Assembly (NCBI GenBank): GCA_048885925.1
Contig: JBHLLG010000072.1
Coordinates: 1 to 13,885 of the forward strand
Reading direction: 5' to 3'
DNA: 13,885 nt
DNA from: Candidatus Hermodarchaeota archaeon
GTDB taxonomy: Archaea > Asgardarchaeota > Lokiarchaeia > Sigyniarchaeales > SOKP01
Position numbers and translations under genes: made by a program. This document shows, one piece after another, positions 7,106 through 13,885 of this stretch (position 1 is its first letter; every line of letters starts with the position of its first letter). Below the pieces are notes generated by a model. That model was not told the origin of the DNA. It was given only the letters and a program-made list of their open reading frames with translations, and did not search any database.

Positions 7106-8230
7106 ATGGAACCAATTGGTTTTAATAAAGATAGAGCTCGTATTGTTTTAGAAAAACATGATTTAGATATATTAATTGCTGCTACTCCAGTAAATGTGTT
7201 TTATTTAACTGGTTTACCAACATTACACGTAGCTTCAAATCCTATTTTGTATGTTTTATATAATCAATACCCAAGTTTATCTTTAGTTCGGAGAAATGGT
7301 GAAGAAAGTTTGATTACATGGATAACTTTTCGTAGTGTAGATAAATTTTCATGGGTAAGTGATGTTCATGGAATAGGGTCTCCCAAAGCTGCTATGGTAT
7401 CAGTATCTGATAAGATTGAAGAATGGGATTTATCAAAGGGTAAGATAGGATATGAATCTCTTATGCCTTCTTATCAATCTGAATATTTGAAGACTAAGTT
7501 TCCAAATGCTATATTTACTAATGGGGATCAAGCTTTTTTAGATATGCGTTTGATTAAATCTGAAGAGGAGATAAAAAGAATAAAAAAGTCTACAGAAATT
7601 TCCGAGAAAGCTATATTGAATATGATTGAAGCTTCTTATGAAGGAATTACTGACAATGAATTATTACAAATTGCCCGGCGAACAATCGTTAATGAGGGTG
7701 CAGAAGGCTGGGATCATTTAACAATGAGTTTGGGATCATCTGATCCTGAAGCACCAGGAGTTGGAACAACCTTAAAAGCAGGAGACCTTAATAGATTTGA
7801 TATAGGAACTATATGGAAGGGTTATGTTTCAGATGTTAGTCGAGAATTAGTAATAGGACAAATACCTGATGAAGCAGAAGAAATTATGAATAGGCTGATA
7901 AAAGTTCAAGAATTTTGTGAACAAAATATTCATCCTGGCTTAAATATGAAAGAATTATATGCCAATGCGAATAATTTTAGTAAATCCTTAACAAAGAAGG
8001 GGAGAGCATTTCTAACGGGTCATAGTATCGGTTTAGAATGTGAGGAAACTCATCTATTTAGCCCTATAAAAAAATTAGATCGTCCATTTGAAGAGAATAT
8101 GGTCCTCGATATTGAGATTTGGCAGAATTTTAAAAATCAAGGGCTAATTGGAATTGAAGATTGTTACAGAATAACAAGTAAGGGATGCGAAAGGCTCTCT
8201 ACGTTAGATAAAAAGATTTTTGTTAAATAA
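7106..8230 (+). CDS. M24 (Xaa-Pro peptidase/creatinase-fold) metallohydrolase with atypical active site
   Basis: Creatinase_N-like start (D.LI...P.NVFYLTG), linker R.IKS.EEI, and metal ligands in FDIG, YVSDVSR, GHSIGL, LDIE and GIED. Confidence 0.88.
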   Translation: MEPIGFNKDRARIVLEKHDLDILIAATPVNVFYLTGLPTLHVASNPILYVLYNQYPSLSLVRRNGEESLITWITFRSVDKFSWVSDVHGIGSPKAAMVSVSDKIEEWDLSKGKIGYESLMPSYQSEYLKTKFPNAIFTNGDQAFLDMRLIKSEEEIKRIKKSTEISEKAILNMIEASYEGITDNELLQIARRTIVNEGAEGWDHLTMSLGSSDPEAPGVGTTLKAGDLNRFDIGTIWKGYVSDVSRELVIGQIPDEAEEIMNRLIKVQEFCEQNIHPGLNMKELYANANNFSKSLTKKGRAFLTGHSIGLECEETHLFSPIKKLDRPFEENMVLDIEIWQNFKNQGLIGIEDCYRITSKGCERLSTLDKKIFVK

Positions 8231-8294
8231 GTATAAAATACCAAATTAATGAAATTATTAAGTAATTAAGGAAAAATTATTGGAGGATAATCGA

Positions 8295-9428
8295 ATGAGT
8301 GATTTTGTAAAGTTTGGAATAATCGGAGCAGGTTCTGCGGTCTGGCGTTACCATAAATTAGGCACAAAAAATAATCCGCAGATTAAATTTGTTTCTGGTT
8401 ATGACATTGATGAGAAAAAATTAGCTAAGGCAGCTAAATATTCGAAATTGGAACCCTATTCGAACTTAGAGGCTTTCCTAAAAAGTGATATTGATGCAGT
8501 TTTGGTTTTAGTACCACACTATCTACACAAAGACATTGTTGTTGCAGTAGCTGAAGCTGGAAAACATGTCTTATGTGAAAAACCTATGGCGACCACTCTT
8601 GAAGAATGTGATGAGATGATTGAAGCGGCAAAAAAAGCTGATGTAAAATTCATGATTGCGGAAAATCATCGGTTCCTACCAGCTCATCAATTTATAAAAG
8701 ATGCTTTAGAGCGTGGATTTATTGGAGATGTATTTCTTGGTCGAACTTATGAAGGTGCTTATGCTAGTTCTGAATTTTTTGACGATGGTTGGAATTTTAC
8801 TTATACAAAAGGTGGTGGCGGAGTAGTTTCAGATCAAGGAGTTCATAAATTTACTATGTTAAATTGGTTTCTTGGTGAAGTAGATTCGGCTCAATGTTGG
8901 TTAAGTAAAAGTTTAAAGTCTCCCCCTCATAAAGGAGAAGATACAGCTATAATTCTATTACGTTATAAGTGTGGAGCTACAATAACTGTAGACATTTCTT
9001 CTAGTACAGTACATCCTCTTACAAATAAAACAGAACTACATGGAACAAAAGGTACAATCTTTGAAGATCACGACTGGGAAAGACCTGTTAAAATATTTTC
9101 ATCTCATCCTGAAGCTGAAGTAAAAGGAGAATATTATAGTCCAGAAATTGAACATGGTCCTTTTCCCGATTATTATAAAATATCTATGCGGCATGAAGAT
9201 GCATATTTTGCTAAATGTATTTTAGAGGATAGAATGCCGGAATTTACACCAGAAGAAGCACGACAAGGTGTTGCGGTTGTCCTCTTAGCATATCTCTCTG
9301 CCAAAAATGGAAGATTGACTTCGATGGATGAGTTGATGAAAATTTACAAAAATGAAGGGACGAGAAGTATTTTAGAAGGACTTGGAGATGTAACACAAAT
9401 AAATTATAATAATTTGAAGTGGGATTAA
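8295..9428 (+). CDS. Gfo/Idh/MocA family NAD(P)-dependent oxidoreductase
   Basis: GIIGAG, AGKHVLCEKPMA, AENHRF and GGGVVSDQGVH. ATG 8295 is preferred to TTG 8280 because GGAGG (8282-8286) precedes it. Confidence 0.9.
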   Translation: MSDFVKFGIIGAGSAVWRYHKLGTKNNPQIKFVSGYDIDEKKLAKAAKYSKLEPYSNLEAFLKSDIDAVLVLVPHYLHKDIVVAVAEAGKHVLCEKPMATTLEECDEMIEAAKKADVKFMIAENHRFLPAHQFIKDALERGFIGDVFLGRTYEGAYASSEFFDDGWNFTYTKGGGGVVSDQGVHKFTMLNWFLGEVDSAQCWLSKSLKSPPHKGEDTAIILLRYKCGATITVDISSSTVHPLTNKTELHGTKGTIFEDHDWERPVKIFSSHPEAEVKGEYYSPEIEHGPFPDYYKISMRHEDAYFAKCILEDRMPEFTPEEARQGVAVVLLAYLSAKNGRLTSMDELMKIYKNEGTRSILEGLGDVTQINYNNLKWD

Positions 9429-9579
9429 AGGATATATTAATTATTTAAGAAAAATTTAAAATTTCGTTATTTTTTATGTATAGGATTCACTTTCTTTATG
9501 AGATAAAAATCAAATTTTATTTAACTTTAAAAATTCTTATACTACAGCTTTTCAAAATTTAAATCAGTATGACTAAAAA

Positions 9580-10329
9580 ATGAAATTAGACGGGAAGATC
9601 GCTGTTATCACAGGAGCTGGAGCGGGTATTGGTGAAGCAACGGCTCTCCTATTTGCAAAAGAAGGGGCAAAATTGTGTTGCAATTCCTTATCCGAGTCAG
9701 CTAAGAAAGTTGTAGGGAAAATTAAATCCTCTGGGGGAGATGCAATTTTTGTTCAAGCAGACGTTTCTCTGGAGGAAGAAGCGAAACGAATAGTTGAAAG
9801 AACTATTGAAACTTATGATAAGATAGATATTTTGTTTAATAACGCTGGAATTGTACTTGGAGGTCTAATTGATACAATGTCCACAGAAGATTGGGATAGA
9901 ACTATGGCTGTTAATGTACGTGGTATATACTTAGTAACAAAATATGCTATTCCATATTTAAGAAAAACTCAAGGAGTAATTATAAATAATTCCTCGTCTG
10001 TTGCATTTAAAGGTGTAAAAGATCGAACTGCTTACACAGCGTCTAAAGGAGCAGTTCTATCAATGACTAGAGCTATGGCTATGGATTATCTTGAAGATAA
10101 AATTCGAGTAAATGCCATTTGTCCCGGAACTACAGACACCCCATCATTGACAGAAAGGATTAAAAGCAACGGAGGAAATTTTGAAAAAGTAAAGCAAGAT
10201 TTTATTAGTCGCCAGAGATTAGGAAGGCTTGGGACACCCGAAGAGATAGCTGAAGGAGTACTCTTCCTTGTTTTGAATAAATTCTGCACAGGTGCAAGCC
10301 TCTTGGTTGATGGAGGTATGACTATGTAA
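9580..10329 (+). CDS. SDR oxidoreductase, BDH2/DHRS6 / 2-keto-3-deoxy-L-fuconate dehydrogenase-like
   Basis: TGAGAGIG, NNAG and YTASK. GV..R.AY..SK, CPGTTDTPSLTERI and F..RQ.LGRLG..EEIA resemble the BDH2 subfamily. Confidence 0.88.
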   Translation: MKLDGKIAVITGAGAGIGEATALLFAKEGAKLCCNSLSESAKKVVGKIKSSGGDAIFVQADVSLEEEAKRIVERTIETYDKIDILFNNAGIVLGGLIDTMSTEDWDRTMAVNVRGIYLVTKYAIPYLRKTQGVIINNSSSVAFKGVKDRTAYTASKGAVLSMTRAMAMDYLEDKIRVNAICPGTTDTPSLTERIKSNGGNFEKVKQDFISRQRLGRLGTPEEIAEGVLFLVLNKFCTGASLLVDGGMTM

Positions 10330-10372
10330 AAATTAAACATGTTTAATAATTTAAAAGTTAAAAGTGATAATT

Positions 10373-11062
10373 ATGGTTAAACATATTGGAATTGTTGCTT
10401 GTACTGCAGAAGGAGCTGCGCTTTGTTATAAAACAATATGTATAGAAGCTCAGGATCATTTATTTAAATATAGACACCCCGAAATAACGATGCATACACC
10501 ACCTTTTTCTGATTATATGCAACATATATGGAATAATAATTGGGAAGGTGTAGCTATGTTAATGCTTAATTCTGCAAAAATTGTGGCAAAAGCGGGGGCT
10601 AATTTCATCATTTGTCCAGACAATACTATACATCAAGCCTATTATTTGATGATATCTGAATCTCCAATCCCATGGTTACATATAGCAGAAGTAGTAGCAG
10701 AAGAGGCTAAGCAAAAAAAATTTAGACATTTAGGTATACTTGGTACAAAATATCTTATGAATTCTACAGTCTATCCTGACGCTCTTAAAAAATTAAGAAT
10801 AACTTGTGAAATTCCAGAAGTTCCCGATCAAGATAAGATTGATAGAATTATTTTCGAAGAATTACTAAATGATGTTTTTTCAGAAGAGTCAAGAAAAGAG
10901 GTAAACAAAATAATACAAAAATTAGCTAAAAACAATTGCGATGCTATTGTTCTTGGATGTACAGAGTTACCTTTACTTGTAAACACTAATGATTGTACTG
11001 TACCAACTTTAGATTCTACTAGATTATTAGCAAGAGCAGCTATTAAAAAGGCTTTAGAATAA
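10373..11062 (+). CDS. Aspartate/glutamate racemase family protein
   Basis: HIGIV, CPDNTIH, IPWLHI, GILGT, VLGCTELPL and DST..LA. ATG 10373 is preferred to GTG 10364. Confidence 0.88.
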   Translation: MVKHIGIVACTAEGAALCYKTICIEAQDHLFKYRHPEITMHTPPFSDYMQHIWNNNWEGVAMLMLNSAKIVAKAGANFIICPDNTIHQAYYLMISESPIPWLHIAEVVAEEAKQKKFRHLGILGTKYLMNSTVYPDALKKLRITCEIPEVPDQDKIDRIIFEELLNDVFSEESRKEVNKIIQKLAKNNCDAIVLGCTELPLLVNTNDCTVPTLDSTRLLARAAIKKALE

Positions 11063-11071
11063 CATCTGAAG

Positions 11072-11086
11072 AATAAAAAAATAGCT
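11072..11086 (-). terminator. Oligo-T terminator for the minus-strand SDR at the convergence point
   Basis: The minus strand reads AGCTATTTTTTTATT just after the SDR stop, the same YTATTTTTTT core as after GH5 and SCP2. Confidence 0.45.
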
Positions 11087-11094
11087 TTATAGTT

Positions 11095-11871
11095 TTATTG
11101 GGTGGTCCAACCACCATCAATCCTTAGATCAGCTCCAGTTATATAAGAGGATTCTTCAGTTGCTAAAAAGAGAATTCCTGAAGCAATTTCTTCTGGTGTA
11201 GCCCACCTTCCCATTACACCTTCTTGTTCAAACTCTTTCTTAACCTCTTCATATGAGACTCCTCTATCTCTCGCTTGCTTTGCTACATCACCTTGTAGCA
11301 TTGGTGTATCAGTAGCTCCGGGGCTCACACTATTTACTCTTACATTATAAGGTGCTAAATCTAAAGCTAAGGCTCTTGTATATCCTAAAACGCCTGCCTT
11401 AGTAGAGCAATAATTAGCATGAGCTACTTGGCCAATATGAGCAGCAACAGAAGCTAAAGTTATAATTGAACCCGATTTCTGTTTTTTAAAATATGGGACA
11501 GCATATTTACAAGTATAGTGAGTACCTTTTAAATTCACATCTATTAAAAGATCATAATCTTCATCTGGAAAGGTCTCTACGGGTCCTACTCGCACTACAC
11601 CCGCATTAACTATTAAAATATCTAATCTTCCATACTTTTTTACTGTTGAATCTATCATCTTCTTAACTTCTTCTGGATTTCTAACATCCACTTTTATTAT
11701 TGTTGTTCTTTCTTTACCTTCTCCAAGCATTTCAAAAGTTTCTTTTAAACCTTGTTCATCAATATCAGAAAGAATTTGTATTGCACCTTCTTTTTCAAAT
11801 AATATAGCAGTTGATCTGCCAATTCCCGAAGCTGCTCCTGTTAATATAACGATCTTATCTTTTACTCTAAT
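11095..11871 (-). CDS. SDR oxidoreductase (NAD-preferring), 258 aa, probable ATT start
   Basis: The frame stays open 47 codons upstream of the tracked ATG (11730): (I/M)RVKDKIVILTGAASGIGRSTAILFEKEGAIQILSDID..., which supplies the TGxxxGIG motif. VNAG, YCSTK and SPGATDTPM follow. GAGGTGA lies 6 nt upstream of the ATT. Confidence 0.88.
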   Translation of the reverse strand: MRVKDKIVILTGAASGIGRSTAILFEKEGAIQILSDIDEQGLKETFEMLGEGKERTTIIKVDVRNPEEVKKMIDSTVKKYGRLDILIVNAGVVRVGPVETFPDEDYDLLIDVNLKGTHYTCKYAVPYFKKQKSGSIITLASVAAHIGQVAHANYCSTKAGVLGYTRALALDLAPYNVRVNSVSPGATDTPMLQGDVAKQARDRGVSYEEVKKEFEQEGVMGRWATPEEIASGILFLATEESSYITGADLRIDGGWTTQ

Positions 11872-11986
11872 ATTAATTCACCTCTATTTTACTAAAATCG
11901 TTTTTATAAATTAATTTTATTAAGAATTTTTCCCTTCTTTTATTACTTGTTTTATAATATCTGATTTGGTTGAAGAATCAACTTAT

Positions 11987-12787
11987 TTATTTTTTTCTAA
12001 TATTCATTTTAAATTCTAACAGTTTATCTTGGGGATATTTTGCTTTAGTCCAAGGAAGGCTTGAAAAGAAATGAGTAAAAATACGGACAAGTAAAGACTG
12101 TTTGTTTTTATAGAGACTTCCCTTATTGAAATATACACGACGATAAGGTTCAGCATATTTCCATCCATGGAGCTTTCTTCCTGCGAATCTGCTTAATGTT
12201 CGGTAAGGAAGCATAGTATATCTTAAAAGCCATTGTTGAGTTTTATGACAAGCAATCAATTTATAAGTTAAAGTTTTAATATCTTTTTTTGTAAAGCCAA
12301 AAAAGAAGTTGGGACACAAGGAAGTATAGAAATAAAGGATTGGTCTAAAATCAATTAATTTCTTATCTAAGATATAAAATAGTGCTCTTCCTGTATTTAT
12401 ATGATCCATATGATGATACCAAGAATAAATTGCTTCTGGTGCGATAATAATGTCTGGTTCCTCTTTTTTAAGATATTCTACTATTTTATTAACAAAATTT
12501 TTATTAAAAGGCACAAATCCATCAATATAACTAAAGAAGTCAATATTTTGAGCAGTTAAACCATGTATTTTTTCTGCTTTAAATAATTCTCTTGTTCTAA
12601 TTTTAGCTAGAAATTCTCCTTTAAATTTATCAAATTGAGGTCCTGGAAGTCCAAATTCACCTTTAGTCATTGATGCAATTTTGATATCATATTTTTTTCT
12701 GCCCTTTGTAGCAAGATAATGCATTAAATGTCCACATTTATGTTCTAAATCATCGGGATGTGCTTGAAAAAAAATAATTTTTACCAT
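11987..12787 (-). CDS. PIG-L/LmbE family N-acetyl-sugar deacetylase, copy B
   Basis: AHPDD, HMDH, TKGEFG and ACHKTQ. About 60% identical to 5634..6428 by hand alignment. Confidence 0.9.
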   Translation of the reverse strand: MVKIIFFQAHPDDLEHKCGHLMHYLATKGRKKYDIKIASMTKGEFGLPGPQFDKFKGEFLAKIRTRELFKAEKIHGLTAQNIDFFSYIDGFVPFNKNFVNKIVEYLKKEEPDIIIAPEAIYSWYHHMDHINTGRALFYILDKKLIDFRPILYFYTSLCPNFFFGFTKKDIKTLTYKLIACHKTQQWLLRYTMLPYRTLSRFAGRKLHGWKYAEPYRRVYFNKGSLYKNKQSLLVRIFTHFFSSLPWTKAKYPQDKLLEFKMNIRKK

Positions 12788-12809
12788 ATTGTCTCAAAGT
12801 CATATGTAT

Positions 12810-13700
12810 CTATTTTATATCTTCCATTTTTGCAGATCTTTTCCCTAATAAAAAAGTACTTATCATAATTATAATAATACCGATTATTAGTAGAATAACT
12901 GAAATAATTGTAGGAGGAACCATAAGAAAAACAGAAAAATATATAAAAATTGGTATTATAAGTGTAGGCACCTGCTGAATTGGAATCATATTACTTGCTT
13001 GCCCTACTCTAAAAGCTTGTTGTATTGCTGCTAACCCAAAGATATTTGTCATGATTAGAAAGATAATAGAAATGACAAAGATAATCACTTCAGGTAAAAT
13101 GAAATTTCCACCTAATACATCCACCGCTACAGCCATGAATTGACTCACCCAGAAATTAGAGAGTGAAAACATGAATCCTGATAATATTGCTAATATAATT
13201 CCTTTAAATCTTTCAAATTTCTTTTGAAAAATTTGACAAGATAAAGAGAGAACAATTATTACAGCTGTAAAGATGAATGTTCGAATAGCAAAATCAAATT
13301 CCAAAAGATTATTTTCAGTGATATCAATAGAAAGTCCACTTATACTTAAAAAAAAAGTTCCTAATATCATTAGTAAAATCCCTATTATTTCTTCTATTTT
13401 TAATTTTTCTCCAACAATTTTAATAGAACCCAAAGCTAAAACAATAAGACCAAAAGCCATTAACCCCGGAATTAATGCGGGGCCAATAAATATTTGAGCG
13501 GTTAAATAAAAAATTGAACTAATTCCAAAACTTAAAATCACTCCTAAAATCCAAATTGGTTTCCTCACTAAACTTCTCATAAATTCTTGTTCTCCTGATA
13601 CTTCATTTACACCTTTTTTCTGTAAAACAGCTCCAGATTGAGTAGTTGATCCTGCCAATAACGCTAAAAATACACCTAGCCAATATAAATTATCAGCCAT
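12810..13700 (-). CDS. DMT-superfamily membrane transporter, NIPA-like, copy B
   Basis: Same length (296 aa) as 4733..5623 and aligns without gaps, about 54% identical by hand count. Confidence 0.75.
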   Translation of the reverse strand: MADNLYWLGVFLALLAGSTTQSGAVLQKKGVNEVSGEQEFMRSLVRKPIWILGVILSFGISSIFYLTAQIFIGPALIPGLMAFGLIVLALGSIKIVGEKLKIEEIIGILLMILGTFFLSISGLSIDITENNLLEFDFAIRTFIFTAVIIVLSLSCQIFQKKFERFKGIILAILSGFMFSLSNFWVSQFMAVAVDVLGGNFILPEVIIFVISIIFLIMTNIFGLAAIQQAFRVGQASNMIPIQQVPTLIIPIFIYFSVFLMVPPTIISVILLIIGIIIIMISTFLLGKRSAKMEDIK

Positions 13701-13769
13701 TTTATTTACACTACTATTCTAATCAAAAATCAATTTGAATATTTTATTCTATGTTTTTAATGTTTAAAT

Positions 13770-13782
13770 AATTATAAGTTTT
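13770..13782 (-). promoter_or_regulatory. Putative BRE/TATA promoter for the second DMT-PIG-L pair
   Basis: The minus strand reads AAAACTTATAATT about 70 nt upstream of ATG 13700, at a similar position to the copy A promoter. Confidence 0.35.
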
Positions 13783-13838
13783 AAATTCTCTTTTGAAAAA
13801 GGTATAATTTAATATACAATGCGATGATGGTTTAGATT

Positions 13839-13885
13839 ATGACTTTAGATAACATAAAAATTCAGGTTGTTTTTATTGGTAAACC
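13839..13885 (+). CDS. Possible 5' start of a divergent gene (MTLDNIKIQVVFIGKP...), cut by the window edge
   Basis: ATG followed by 15 open codons running to the edge; too short to assign a family. Confidence 0.35.
   Translation, partial: MTLDNIKIQVVFIGK

Noticed and set aside
10086-10340. 84-aa minus-strand ORF
   Set aside because: Antisense shadow of the SDR gene.
11095-11730. Reading the minus-strand SDR as a truncated 211-aa protein or frameshifted pseudogene
   Set aside because: The frame is open and motif-complete up to ATT 11871 with a good SD, and no frameshift is present.
13273-13497. 74-aa plus-strand ORF
   Set aside because: Antisense shadow of DMT copy B.
4733-13700. Inverted duplication as an assembly artefact or composite transposon
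   Set aside because: The copies are only about 54-60% identical in protein, and there is no transposase or terminal inverted repeat.
13839-13885. KIQVVFIGKP as the start of a small GTPase
   Set aside because: Only about 15 codons are visible and no GKS/T P-loop can be seen, so it cannot be assigned.

Overview
AT-rich (roughly 28-30% GC by eye) prokaryotic window, most likely archaeal. It shows TATA/BRE-like promoters, GAGGTG(A) Shine-Dalgarno sites, oligo-T terminators and TTG/ATT starts; an Asgard/Lokiarchaeia origin is an inference only. It holds a dense catabolic cluster. On the left, a GH20 beta-N-acetylhexosaminidase (minus strand, cut by the window edge, missing from the ORF track) is divergent from a + strand run: GH5_12-like glycolipid beta-glucosidase, KDG kinase, divergent DUF849/KCE-like enzyme, NIPA-like DMT transporter, PIG-L deacetylase, SCP2, atypical M24 hydrolase, Gfo/Idh/MocA oxidoreductase, BDH2-like SDR and an Asp/Glu-racemase-family protein. 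This run converges on a minus-strand block of a second NIPA-like DMT, second PIG-L deacetylase and second SDR. The DMT+PIG-L pair is an old inverted duplication (about 54% and 60% amino-acid identity by hand count). The second SDR appears to start at a non-canonical ATT codon. Several enzymes have altered active-site motifs, so the cluster may encode an undescribed intracellular pathway for N-acetylhexosamine-containing glycolipids or glycoconjugates. No rRNA, tRNA, CRISPR array or mobile element was seen.
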